From the NCBI RefSeq assembly GCF_009914755.1, contig NC_060930.1: a DNA stretch of 64,000 nucleotides. One strand, given 5' to 3'. Positions within the stretch are counted from its first letter, which is position 1, and the number at the start of each line of letters is the position of its first letter. Source of the stretch: the human T2T-CHM13v2.0 reference genome, Homo sapiens. Positions 1-16,239 of the stretch are shown here, piece by piece. The notes under the pieces were generated by a model that saw only the letters and a list, made by a program, of their open reading frames with translations, was not told where the DNA came from and did no database searches. A program made the translations under genes and the position numbers.

Positions 1-1553
1 AGTCAAAGAAAACAAAAGGGGACAAGTTCACAGTTCTTTCCTTTCATAGATCTGACAGCAGAGGCCGAAACTTTCGTTTCCTCAGTTGCACCAACCTCAG
101 AAAGATCTTTACTCTTCTCTCGTCAAGATCTAGCCTGAAAGGGCCTAGAGAGCCCTAGCATGTGTTGGTTTGGGGCTCTCCTGTCCGCGTTCCCACTGAG
201 ATCCTTTGCATTCTTCTGAACTTCTGATGCTCTTCTGCAGCGGGACGGTTATGGGGTGTTGCCCCTGGAAACTCCAGTGGTCTGACATCATGGGAATTTG
301 CCCGGGCGGCTTTGTGAAGGGAGTTCTGCCCTACTCTTGGCTGTGTCTTTTGTTGTTGTTTATATAGTAAGTAAATATATCATCCCTTTGAGGCTCAGTT
401 ACATAATTTATGTTTCCCCAGTATTCAGAGAAGAAACCAGAACAAATCCACTTCCAGATTCCAGTCCAGCTGAATGAGGTTATCAGTAGATTAAAAAGTT
501 TTCCTTGATCACCAGTGACACTGCTTGCTTTCCTTTACAAAATCTTAGTGTCCTGTGCTGTGTGGAACGTCTGTCTAATTATCAGTACGCGTGGAAATGA
601 GAAAAACGGATGTGAACAGCAGACACGTCACAGCACACCTGGGTTCCTTGGCAACATTCCACTTGGTTCTTTTTTCAAGTTGTCCTACTTTTAAGCATTC
701 CCAGTTTTTTGTATTCACCCAGCGTCACTTGTGATTCAAAATAAACCTTGGATTCTAAAAAAAAAAAAAACAGTCTAAAGCTAAGGGAAAGGGAGAGGTA
801 CAGAGGGAGAGGGAGGGAAGGAGGAAGCCAACAGTTTACCAGCTAATGTGGATTTTTAAAGAACCCAACCAACTCCCCATCACCCACTCTGCCATTTGCG
901 GTGACACAGATAGTAAAATGAATCAACCCAGCAGGCTTCTCTCTTCACCCAGCACACGCTATTATTCTCCCTGTGCAAGTAGCAAAGGGAACTTGAGGGA
1001 ACTTGAGGAGTATTTTTGGATTGATTGATTACAAAATGGAAATTAGATGGAAATACAGGGCAACATAAATTCCAAAGTCAGCCGTGCCTGAAATGGTTTC
1101 CTACAAGTCTACAGGCAGACTCTTTCCCTCTGTCTCTTACACCAAAGGCAAATTAAGCCACAGCCGGGGGCATCCTAACGATATTGGAAGCTGGTAAAAA
1201 GTATGAATGAGAAAGATGGGGAGGAGAGCAGGGTGTGGGACTGGAGTGGGGATGTTAAAGCTCATGTTCAGTAACATGTCCTTCCCCACACGCTGACCAG
1301 AGGCACCATTGCCCAATGTGGCTCAGATATACCAGAGGCAATAGCAGTCTGTTTGCTCTGTAGGAAAATCTTTGGAATCTAATGGGACATTCTCTTCTCT
1401 GAGGTTCTAGCTGCCTTCAGGTGCGAGTTGGAAGTTGATTTTCCCTCAGTTTGGAAACCAATTTATGACAATAATACTTTCAGATACAGACCTATATGGC
1501 ACCCTTCTTCTGATTAACTCAACATGCTTCATGTCTGTGATTTGCACTTAGCA

Positions 1554-1868
<315 letters not shown>

Positions 1869-2311
1869 TAGTTTTGAGGAATAATAACAGTGAAATAGCT
1901 TAGTAGGAATGGAAGGTTTTGCCAGGTCTGAACTCTGTGACCTTCCTCTGTCATGACCTAGGATTCTTTCCCACTTCTTTGCAAAAATATTTTCTTCTCA
2001 TTTGTATTGCTAATGGAAGGACACAAAGAACCCACAGCTGAAGGAGCCTTGGAATGCTTGTATGATCCAGTTGGGTGTGTAAATTAGATCTTTACTCCAC
2101 CTATAGCGAGGATCTCTCTCTCACTTTCCTCCAAAACCCATCCACTGGGTACTCTATCTCAAAGGCTCTGATCATCTTGAAGGATTTGTTTCTATGGTGA
2201 CACCCACGTGTTCTGCAAGCCTGTTTCTCAATCAGAGGTGCTTATTGGCTTCTTAAAAAGCAGCATATTTTTGCCACCCTTTGCTTCATCAGTAACGTTC
2301 AACATACATAG

Positions 2312-2563
<252 letters not shown>

Positions 2564-2886
2564 TGAGGACTTGACTTTCTGAAGTGTAAAAATGTTTGCG
2601 GCCAACAAGGGGTATAGGAATCAGGTACCCATGTTGTCAGATAAAATATTTATTCTGTTTACTTGATACAAACATTCTACTTTGTGAGGTGAAACTTCTA
2701 TGGTCAATGAAAACGTGAATGAATGAATGGCAAATATTTTTGATCTGTGGACCACATTAATGAGGAAAATGGCCTTCTGAATGCAGCTGCAAAATTCACA
2801 AGCCTTTTGAAAAGAATGTAATCAGTAGTAAAAGATCAATTATTAAATAAAAATCAAATGTACTAAAAACATTGTAAACATCAGGA

Positions 2887-3182
2887 TTTTTTGTTTTTTT
2901 GAGATAGGGTCTCACTATGTTGCCCAGACTGTAGTGCAGTGGTGCAATCACAACTCACAGCAGCCTCAACCTCCTGGGTCCAAGTAATCCTCCCATGTCA
3001 GCCTCCTGAGTAGCTGGGACCACAGGTGTGTGACACCACACCTACCTAGTTTTTAAATTTTTTACAGAGACAGGGTCTCTTCATGTTGCCCAGGCTGGTC
3101 TCAAACCCGTGGGCTCAAGTGATCCTCTCACCTCGGCCTCCCAACATGTTGGAATTACAGGCATAAGCAAGCGCACCTGGCC
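2887..3182 (-). mobile_element. Alu (AluJ-like)
   Basis: Diverged antisense Alu dimer. Confidence 0.9.
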
Positions 3183-3567
3183 TATAAATATCGGTTCTAT
3201 AAGATGCCTTCACAAACTGAATTTTGAATAATCTAAAGGTTATACTTACTTTCATATCCAAGTAAATATTAATTGCAATTTATTGTGTTTGTTTTTTGTT
3301 TTTATTACTTCCCCCTGAGTTAAGTTAGGCACTACAAGAAGCCTAATTAACCTTTAGTATACTAGAGCAGCATTTATGATAGTAAGGCAGCAATTTATTA
3401 AGAGATTCCCTGCTTTGTTGTTGAACAACAAACCCATTGATTCTTGAATTTTCACTTTGAACAGTTGGTTCAGTACTGTGCAGATAAGTCCCAAATAAAC
3501 AGGTTTAGAAATTGACAAAAACCTTCAAATCACCAAGGAACCATTGAATGAGTTAAGACTTTACCAT

Positions 3568-3942
3568 TGTCTTGGTCCATTTTGTGCTGCTGTAACAGAA
3601 TACCACAGACTGGGTAATTCATCAAGAACAGGAATTTATTGGCGCATAGCTCTGGAGGCTGGGAAATCTAATGTCAAGGGGCCCCAGCAGGTTTGGTGTC
3701 TGGTGAGACTGTGCTCTTCTAAGATGACACCTTGTACACCACATGATCTGCAGGGGAGGAAGGCTAGATGCTTATAAGCCAGAAGGAGGAATGCCAAGAA
3801 GCTAAAGGGGGCAAACTTGCCCTTTGATAATGACGGTAATGCTACCCTATCACCTCCCAAAGTTTCACCTCTTAACACCGCCACAACAACTACCAAATTC
3901 TCACCATGACCTTGGGGAGAAACAAACATTCAACACATAGAA
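3568..3942. mobile_element. MaLR solo LTR (MST/MLT1 type)
   Basis: Starts tgtcttggtccattttgtgctgctgtaacagaataccacagactgggtaat and ends caaacattcaa..atag, typical MaLR LTR termini. Confidence 0.8.
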
Positions 3943-4038
3943 ACCGTAACATTCAACCTATAGCAACCATTGAGTGGAACCTTAAAGGTCTGAAACCTTG
4001 AAACAATGGCACACATATACTCAGTTTAGTTTAATATA

Positions 4039-4266
4039 CAGTAGTTCCCTCTTACATGCAAGGGATATGTTCTGAGACCCCCAGTGGATGCCTGAAACTG
4101 CAGATGGTACCAAACCCTATACATACTATGTATGTTTTTTCTTATGTTCCTATGCATACATATCCATGGTAGAGTTTAATCTATAAATTAGGTATAATAA
4201 AAAATTAACAACAATAAAAATAAAATAGAGCAATTACAACAATATCCTATAATAAAAGTTATGTGA
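4039..4266. mobile_element. MER44/Tigger7-like DNA transposon fragment
   Basis: ta|cagtagttccctctta...gacccccagtggatgcctgaaact terminus; truncated by the L1. Confidence 0.7.
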
Positions 4267-4744
4267 CAAAGATGTCCATTTTCACTACTGTTATTCCACA
4301 TAGTACTGAAAGTCCTAGCTATAGCAATCAGGCAAGAGAGAGAAATAAAAGAGAACCAAAGATTCCACTGAAAAACTATTAGAACTGATAAGTAAAGTTG
4401 CAGGCTACAAAATCAACACATACATTTCTGTGTATGTGTTCAGCAACAAATACTCTGAAAAGAAATCAAGAAAGTAATCCCATTTATAGTAGCCACAAAT
4501 AAAATACCTAAGAATAAACTCAACCAAAGAAGTGAAAGCTCTCTATAATGAAAACAATAAAACATTGATGCAAGAAAAGGACACCAAAAAAAAAAAAAAA
4601 AAAAGGAAAGCTATTCCCTGTTCACGGATTAGAAGAATCAATATCATTAAAATGGCTATGCTACCCAAAGCAATCTACAGATTCAGTGCAATCCATACCA
4701 AAATACCAGTGACATGCTTCACAGAATTAGAAGAAATGATCTTA

Positions 4745-5020
4745 CACTTTGGGAGGCCGAGGCGGACAGATCACTTGAGATCAGGAGTTCGGGACCAACC
4801 TGGCCAACATGGTGAAACCCCGTCTCCACTAAAAATACAAAAATTAGCCAGGCGTGGTGGCACGTGTCTGTAGCAAGCTACTTGGAAGGCTGAAGCAGAA
4901 GAATAGCTTGAATCGGGGAGGCGGAGGTCGCAGTAAGCCAAGATCATGCCGTTGAACTCCAACGTGGGCGAGAGTGAGAATCCATCCCCCCCAACCCCCA
5001 AAAAAAGGAAGAAGAAAAAA
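4745..5020 (+). mobile_element. Alu (5'-truncated) within L1
   Basis: cactttgggaggccgagg...gactccatc-like; degenerate TSD aagaaa..atctta. Confidence 0.92.
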
Positions 5021-5843
5021 TAATCTTAAAATTTGTATTGAACCACAGAATACCTAGAACAGCCAAAGCCACCCTGAGCAAAAAGAACAAAACTGGGGGA
5101 ATAACATTAACTGACTTCAAATCTATACTACGGAGCTGTAGTAACCAAAACAGCATGGTACTGGCATAAAAACAGACATATAGACCAATGGAATAGAATA
5201 GAGAGCCCGGAAATAAACCCGTGCATCTGCAGTGAACTCACTTTCAACAAAGGTGCCAAGAATATACAATGGGGAAAGAACAATCTCTTCAATAAATGGT
5301 GCTGGGAAAATTGGATATTCATAGGCAGAAGAATGAAACTAGACCCCTCTCTCTTGCCATATAGAAAAATCTAATCAAAATGGATTAAAAACAAATCTTT
5401 AAGACTCAACTATGAAACTAGTAAAAGGAAAACATTGAGGAAATTCTCCAGGACACCGGACTGGGCAAAAATTTCTTGAGTGATATCCTAAAAGTACAGG
5501 CAGCTAAAACAAAAATGGACAAATGGGATTACATCATGTTAAAATGCTTCTGCACAGCAAACAAAGCAATAGGCAAAGTGAAAAGACAACCCACATACTG
5601 GGAGAAAATATTTGCAAACTAACCGTCTGACAAAGGATTAATAAACAATATATGTGGAACTCAAACAACTCAATAGGAAAAAAAATCCAATAATCTAATT
5701 TAAAAAATAGAGAAAGTATCTGAATAGACATTTCTCAGAAGAAGACAAAGGGAAAACAGACATGTGAAAAGGTGCTCAACATTATTGGTCATCAGAGACA
5801 TGCAAATCAAAACTACAGTAAGATATCATCTCACCCCAATTAA

Positions 5844-6350
<507 letters not shown>

Positions 6351-7356
6351 TAAGGATATGGAGAAAGGGGGACCCTCATATATTGTTGATGGGAATGTAA
6401 ATTATTACAGCCACTATGGAGAACAGTATGGAGGTTCCTCACAATACAAAAAAATAGAACTACCATATGATGCAGCAATCCCACTGCTAGTATCTACCCA
6501 AAAGAAGGGAAGTAAGCATAGAGCTATCTGCACTCTCATGTTTATTGCAGTGCTGTTGACGATCGCCAAGACTTGGAAGCAACCTAAGTGTCCATCAACA
6601 GATGAATGGATAAAGAAAATGTGGTACATATACACGGTGGAACACTACCCAGCCATAAAAAAGAATGAGTCTCTGTCATTTACAACAACATGGATAGAAT
6701 TGGAGGACATTATATTAAGTGAAATAATCCAGGCACAGAAAGTCAAACTGCACAAGTTCTCACTCATTTGTGGGAGGTAAAAATTAAAACAATTGAACTG
6801 ATGGAGATAGAGAGTAGAATGATGGTTACCAGAGCCTGGGGATGGTAGTGAGGAGGTGAGGGGAAGTATGGATGGTTAATGGGTACGAAAGTATAGTTAG
6901 AAAGAATGAATAACATCTAGGATTTGCTAGCACAACAGGGTGACTACAGTCAACAATAATATATTGTACATTTAAAAATAACTAAAAGATTATAATTGGA
7001 ATGCTGGGCTTAGTGCAGATGAGCAGGTCGGCGCTGGGGCAGCTGGTGGAGTGGGTGGCAGGTGAAAGTGACAGCCTCCTGTCCATGCTGCTCATCTCCT
7101 GCGCCTTCATTCTCAGCCTGGTCTGCTTTGCCACAATAGTAACCACCTGGCCTAGCTGCCAGCTGGTGCAAAATGCTCATCATATGTTTTCTCTCCCATT
7201 ACATTCCTTGGGCATGCCATACATTTGGGAAAAGTTAAATTGAATTTCTAGAAAGTGCATATGAGAAGTATGGGCATATGAGAAGTATGGACCTGTATGT
7301 AGTTTTTCTGTGGTGAGCAAGACATTTACTCCTGGAGAGAGATGAGACTGCACTAC

Positions 7357-7659
<303 letters not shown>

Positions 7660-8384
7660 GACTGCACCACTTTTTAATAGTAAAACCAAAGATGCAGAAG
7701 ATGTCTACAGTCATCTCAGGACACCTGCGTTTGGGAAGGGAGTTGAATGTGACATGCCTAATCCAGCGTTCTTGGGGCAAGAGAAAATGTTAAAAAGTAG
7801 CCTTAAAGTAGCCCACTTTAGACAGCAAGTTTCTATAACTGAAAAAGAAAGGAATACTTTCAAGCTGGGGAGAAAGCAGAGAAAAAAATTGTGTGAAGCT
7901 CTTTCTGAGCTCATAATTTGATAGCTAGCCATGGTTTACATGGAAAGGAAATCAGAAGTCAACTCAGTAAGAGGTGGCACAGCTGTGCGCAGATGTGAGT
8001 GGCGGCTTCAAGCCTTTGGCCTGGCTGCGGCCACGTTGGCTGCCTCTGCGTGGTTGCAGAAGCAGCTACAAAGCTCATTGAGAGCACAACTATTGTCTGT
8101 AAGGCAACCCAGAAACACAGAAACCAGAAGAAAAAATCCAAGGCATTCTCCAAACTTTACTGGATACTACAGACAAGGGTGAGCACCTGTTGGCAGATGA
8201 GGAAGTCACAGGGCTGCTTATTAGACTGTTCTCAGGGCAGCATACATCCTCAACTACTGGTGCCTAAATGAGCTGCTTTATAGCCAGAGATGAAACACTT
8301 CATGAAAAATGTTATTTGAAGCAGAAAACTGTCCGTGGAGAGGATCTACCTTCTTTAACTTATGACCTGCTCAAGATTGAAACT

Positions 8385-8653
<269 letters not shown>

Positions 8654-9386
8654 AAGATTGAAACTTATTTAATCACCGTACAGAGAAAGTTAAGACTTAG
8701 ACTTCCTGTATTGACTATATTGAGAATGGCTAAACTGCCTCAGAGGGTGTGATAGGACGTACCATTCCTGCAGGCCACCAAATGGGTTTATCTCTCACTG
8801 TCAATCAAGGATTTCAAGACACTTGGGTGGAGCTTGTGGATCCTGATCAGTGATTACAGGACATCTCAACAGGAGAGAAGATGGTCTTGGAGGCGGGCGT
8901 CATCATATTGGGAAAAATTTTGCCCATGTTCAGATCAAGACAGTTTGGTCCACTCTGTTTCATTTGTATGAATTTGATTTCATTGATGGATATTTTCCCA
9001 CTGTAAATTATAAAACCGTGGTTCATCACACCCCTAAAAACCCAGTTATCACATACAAATGAAGATCAAAATGAAAAAGGCTACAAAGAACTAATATGTG
9101 AAACATTACCGTAAGCTGAAAAATCACTGGAAAAGAATGAAATTTACAAAACAAACCTCAGTGTACTGTCTTTTTTAGTGTAATTTTAAAAGATAGCTTA
9201 AGTTAGGATTTCGATATTTTATTTACTGAATGCTTTCATCCCATCTAATGGCATTAACAGACATTTTCTAATAGCTTTATGATGGATAATTAACACATAT
9301 GCTTTAAGGAAGTCGAGCTCATTAGTAAAAATGTTGCTTAGGGAGATCTAGGTCATCGGCAGATTTTAAATAACAATTTCTGTGTA

Positions 9387-10294
9387 CTGGGATACCTCAG
9401 AGGTATTGCAGGTTTGCCATCAGACCACTGCAGTAAAGGGAATATTGCAGTAAAGTGAGTCACATAAATTTGTTGGTGTTCTCAAAAAAATAGTTTCTGG
9501 ATTTAATATAAGACGCACCTCCTTATCTCTTCATAGAACTGAAAAGAGTTAGGGCCTTGCTCTGGATTCGGCGTTGGCTTACGAGAGTGTTGTGGCTGTT
9601 CTGATCTTCTACGCAGACCATTCAAACTTTCTCCATGTCAGCAATAAGGCTGTTCCATTTTCTTATCATTTGTGTGTCCAGTGGAGTAGCACTTTTCGTT
9701 TCCTTTGAGAACTTTTCCTTTGCATTCCCAACTTAACTGTTGGATGCAAAAGGCCTCGCTTTTAGCTTACCCTGGCTTTCAACGTGCCCTCCTCACTAAG
9801 CTTAATCATTCCTAGCTTTTGATTTAAAGTGAGAAGCATGCTACTCTTCCTTACAATTTAAGGCACAGAGGCGATTGCAGGGTTATTAATTGGCCTAATT
9901 TAAATATGTTGTGTCTCAGGAAATGGGGAGGCTTGAGCAGGAGGGAGAGAGATGGGAGAATGGCCGGTCAGTGGAGCCGTCAGAACACACATATTTATCC
10001 ATTAAGTTCACTATCTTATATGTTTAGGTTCATGGCTCCCCAAAACAATTACAATATTAACATCCAAGGTCACGGATCACAGGTCACCATAACAGATGTA
10101 ATAAGAATGAAAAAGTTTGAAATACTGTAGGAATTGCCAAAATGTGACAACAGGGACTCAGAGTGAGCCTGTGCTGTTAGAAAAATGGCACTGATAAACT
10201 CGTTCGATGCAGGGCTGCCACAAACCTTCAGTTTGTAAAATGCAGTTTCTGTGATGTGCAGTGAAGTGAAGCTCAGTAAAATGAGGTGCGGCTG
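9387..10294 (-). mobile_element. Tigger1, internally deleted
   Basis: Degenerate TIRs (ctgggatacctc / gaggtgcggctg vs consensus CAGGCATACCTC), TA target duplications, and Tigger1 subterminal sequence at both ends. Confidence 0.85.
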
Positions 10295-10817
10295 TACCAA
10301 TTTTAAGGGCTTACATAGCTCTTGGCAAGTAAGTTCAGGACATTCAATCTTTTACTAATTCCATAAGATGTAGAAAGCCCATACTTGGAAGCTATAGGTT
10401 ATTCATTTATGTGAGTAATTTGTTTGTTGGAGGGTGGAAGATAAGAGGGAAGGGAATACACTCATGTTTAAAGCCTTGGATAAAAAAGAATAGTAGTAAA
10501 TGTATTGGAATGATAATACTCAGCATTGATGAGTGATATTGTAGAAAAATATGTCCTTTGCCATTTTAACTGGAAGCACTGTCTATATGAAATTGAGAGA
10601 GATCTATGACCGTGATTTAATAATCACATTTCCTTAAAAATAATTATTTATACTAAAGACTGCTCAAGTCAATGTGATCTAATCAATAAGTATTACACAT
10701 TGATCTGATAATGTATGTATGTGAGTCCAACAAGACCATATCTGTGTGAAAGTCAGAAATAAAGTCCTTTGGAGATGAAGCAAAGAGCACTTAATGTTTG
10801 TCATTGACTGTCACTGA

Positions 10818-11330
<513 letters not shown>

Positions 11331-11368
11331 TGATTCCCTGGAAGCACAGCCTGAGATAGGGACTCTTG

Positions 11369-11775
11369 TGTATCTTAGTCTATTTAGTGTTGCTATAAAG
11401 GAATACCTGAGACAGGGTAACTTATAAAGAAAGGAGGTTTATTTGGCTCATGATTCTACTGCCGAGAGATTGGTCATCTAGTGAAAACCTCAGGCTGCTT
11501 CCACTTATGGTGGAAGGCAGTGTGTGTGCAGAGATCACTTGGTGAGAAGAAACAAGAGGGAGAGGGGAGGTGCCTGGCTCTTTTATAACAGCTGCTATTT
11601 GGGGAACAAATAGACTGAGAAATCACCTTCCCCACCCCTCCCCAGGGTATTAAACTATTCTTAAGGGATCCTCCCTCATGGCCCCAAACACCTCTCTTTA
11701 GGCCTCCATCCCCAATATTGGAATTCAATTTCAGTATAAGGTTTGGGGAAAGAGACATCCAAACTATATATAGCA
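11369..11775. mobile_element. MST-type MaLR LTR, probably nested in an older MLT1 LTR
   Basis: tcttagtctatttagtgttgctataaaggaatacctgagac...catccaaactata..gca. Confidence 0.8.
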
Positions 11776-12970
11776 TTGTGCAAGTGGCCTGTTGAAAGAA
11801 AGCTTTTAAGAGAAACCTCTAAGTGAGGGAGAAGGATGAAGTTGGACAGAGATGTGATTTCAGGAGGAGTCTAGCCTCACTCAGCCTGATTCCAAAGGGA
11901 GTGGGGAGCCCTGGAGGGTGAATGGCATTGTAGAGTTTGTCATGCCAGGGATGAGATGTCTGAAAGCTGATTGGGGATGGGGAGCAGCCATCTAGATATC
12001 TTTGTGGAGACAGCTTCTTTTAGTCATGTTCTCTAGAGCAGGGTATGTGAATTTATACCTATAGGATATTCTTATAAAGTCATTAAGGTAATCTGGGCAT
12101 CTGGTATACCAGAGCACAAGATTATGAACCAGGAACCTAGATGTATTGTTGAGTCATTTCCTTATAAAAGCGACTGTGCATCAAATCACAGAGATTTGGA
12201 CACATATAGAGTCCATAGGAGGTTTTTAAAAAATTGATCTCATGGGGAGAAGTTGGAAAGGATTTATCTCAAAAGAAGCAGAAAAGAACTTAATCACAGT
12301 CTTCAAGTGCCTGAGGGTTGTTAAAGAGTACATATTTCGGATGTCCTGGAGAATGTTTGATTGTTTGTTTGTTTTTTAAAATCTCTACTGAGGACAGATT
12401 AGAAAGAAATGAATTTAAAAAGCAGCTGGAGTGGATTTCGGTTTAATATAATGTAAATGCTCTTTATAGTAAGTACTAGTAGAAATTGGAACATTATGAT
12501 ATATCTCTCCCTAAAGGTCTCCAAGATGGAATAAGCATTACTCTTTTAAAGATGGCCATCATTCTAAAAAAATCATGTCATGGACTTCAACTGTGAGAAA
12601 ACAATGAGATTTGGGAACACAGGATGTGAGGGAATGTTTTTGCTTAAGACACACACACACACCTTAAAATGTCATTATTTTATAACTCCTGGAATTAATG
12701 TAAAACACTACAGATTTGCTTTAATATACATTCTTTAATGAAATTACAAATGGTCATGCCTTCATGAAATTATAATTAAACCAAAACTTCTCGAACCAAA
12801 GTGGAATATAAAAATGTAATTATAACAGGTAATTATCCATGTAATAACCTGTGTAATTACATGGGTTTTTTTTTTTCCTGTGCAGTGCACTTAAAAAAAA
12901 AATAGAGAGCTTGTTTTGTAACTTTAAAACACTTAGAGTTGTGTAATTAGGATAATTAAAAAAAACAGTT

Positions 12971-13272
<302 letters not shown>

Positions 13273-14390
13273 CAGTTAAGTAGCAAAGTTTGGGTAGGGC
13301 ACAGAATTAAAATCTCTTTCAGAAGAGCACACATAGTTTTAGGCCCCAAAGTAGATAGCAGAGATGAGCATACAGCAGGAAAAAAAAATCGTCATATATG
13401 ATTGACTAGTTAGAAATTTGTACCTGTTTTCCTTAAAGCTGAAAGTTATTTAGTGGCTCCTAGGAGATGCAGCTAAGGTTGGATATAAACATGGACTAGA
13501 GACCTGAAGACATAATAATCTCATGATAATCCCATTTTCCAACGGGCAGATACTCTCAATCATACAGGGAGAATGTAGCATTTCACAGGCCAATATATCA
13601 AAATGGAGAGAACATCCTAGTGTATAACATAATGTAAAGACTGGAACAATCCAAGTGTCCCTAATGTAATGGAAATATTAAAGTGATTAATACCTCTAAT
13701 ACCCAAAAGTTTAAACATGTCAAGTTAATGTGAACTTTGAGCTTTCTTTTCTCTGAAAGCACAATGGTAATAATAATAGTATTATACTAACTCTATTGCT
13801 TTGATACAGTGTGCTGAGAGTTTTGCTGCATTATCATAGTTAATTCTGGTAACAGCTCTGTAAGACAGATTTATCGTCATGCCTGTTTTCCAGGTGGAGG
13901 AACCGAAACATAGAGGGGTTAAATAATTTGTCCTCAGGCCTCCCAGCTGGTATTTGGTTCTGCATTCAAGCTCTTACTCAATAATCAATACTGCCTACCT
14001 CCTCCCACATACATGCAGAAAAGAATTTCGCAGGTTGAAATCACAGTTGTGAAAGTGGCTTTTTCCTGGAGCAATAACTGTCATTGTAGTGGCGCTACCA
14101 CATCCTCAAGCTCCAGGGCTTCGGGATTGTCCAGTCACCATCACGTGGGCAGGCAGGTTCAATTATTTCTGTTTTTAAGTTGCTTGGCACATGGAACATG
14201 ATTTGATCACTGTCTTAAATTCATATGTGCACACTGCTTTGTAATAGGGTTTGAATGCAGTGACAATTGTTTTGAACCCCAGAGCTCAATTTCTGTGTAA
14301 CACTCTCTCACATATGCCATTCTGAAAGATCTCATCTTGCTAAGTTAAATTTGCTCACTTATTTGGGAAGTATAGTAAAAGACATTATAA

Positions 14391-14731
<341 letters not shown>

Positions 14732-14944
14732 TGCTATAGGATTTCAATTGTCTTTCTGTGTTTTTCAAAAACTAGAAACCTTGTTTCTGAACCTAAACTT
14801 TTAATATCTCTAAGATCTCAATAGAGAGACCATCCTCAAAGGTCTCCAATAACCCCATCACGTTTGTTAGGTGATAACATGGGACTAGCAACTTGAAGCC
14901 ATTTTGAACAAGACAAACATGTGATTGTTAAAAATCTGTTTCAG

Positions 14945-15236
14945 GGTCGGGTATGGTGGCTCACACCTGTAACCCCAGCATTTTGGGAGGCTGAGGGGGT
15001 GGAACACTTGAGCTTAGGATTTTGAGACCAGCCTGGGCAACATGGCAAAACCCCATCTCTACAAAAAAAAAAAAAAAATACAAAAATTAGGTGGGCATGG
15101 TGGTGCATGCCTGTAGTCCAAGCTACCCGGGATGCTGGGGTGGGATCGCTTGAGCCTGGGAGGTCAAATCTGCAGTGAGCCATGATTGCACCACTGCATT
15201 GTAGCCTGGGTGACAGAGTAGAGACCCTGTCTCAAC

Positions 15237-15247
<11 letters not shown>
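14945..15247 (+). mobile_element. Alu (AluJ-like)
   Basis: Sense dimer ending in (CAA)n. Confidence 0.92.
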
Positions 15248-15301
<54 letters not shown>

Positions 15302-15395
15302 TTGCTTATATATATGTTTTTATATATATATTTGTTATATATATTTGTTTTATATATATGTAAAAAACAAATATATATATATAACACATATATAT

Positions 15396-15433
<38 letters not shown>

Positions 15434-15435
15434 GT
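15248..15435. repeat. (TA)n/(CA)n compound microsatellite
   Basis: About 24 perfect TA units followed by degenerate TA/CA runs. Confidence 0.95.
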
Positions 15436-15856
15436 GTATGTTTCAGGGTTTGACCCCATTTCACTAAAATGTCTGTAGTCTGTCATTTTCTCTTCCTAAA
15501 AAGGGCATGCATGTTTTTGACTTACACACTTGGAAAGGTAATTCAGAGGCCAAATTACAGACAATTTCTTTATAATCAGGCTGAGGAAACAGAAGTTTTG
15601 ATGTTGGAGGGGGAAAGTGAAAATTCTTTCTGGAACACAGGATACAAAGAGTCCATTTTGCCTGTTGATTTGACTTAGATGAAAACCCATAGGGCAGGGT
15701 ACTTGTCTTCCTCTTGGTTTTGGGAAAGGTGTCTTTGGCTGGTACTTAGTTACCAACACTGGCATGAAGAAGGTACCCAAAGTGATCTCTGTGCTGCGTG
15801 AGCACAAGATTATGAACCAGGAACCTAGATGTATTATTTGAGTCATTTCCCTGTAA

Positions 15857-16036
<180 letters not shown>

Positions 16037-16239
16037 TGACATCTTGATCACCTACGCCGATAAGGGACAGTCTTCACCATTTTAGTCTTTGTATTTCTTT
16101 TCGAAACTTCCGACTCGCACCTGGGTCTGCAAAGAGGTGTCTGTTCATATAGATTGCTTATTTTCTCTACCTGACAGAGACTCATCTACAGTCAAAATAG
16201 TGTTATCATGCTGGGGTTTTGTTTTTTTTTTTTTTAATT

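Noticed and set aside
7001-7243. 80-aa ORF with a hydrophobic anchor, as a functional CYP51-derived peptide
   Set aside because: It frameshifts out of CYP51 after about 45 codons, has no visible promoter, and the rest of the copy is decayed.
15182-15486. IY-repeat ORFs on both strands
   Set aside because: Translation of a (TA)n microsatellite.
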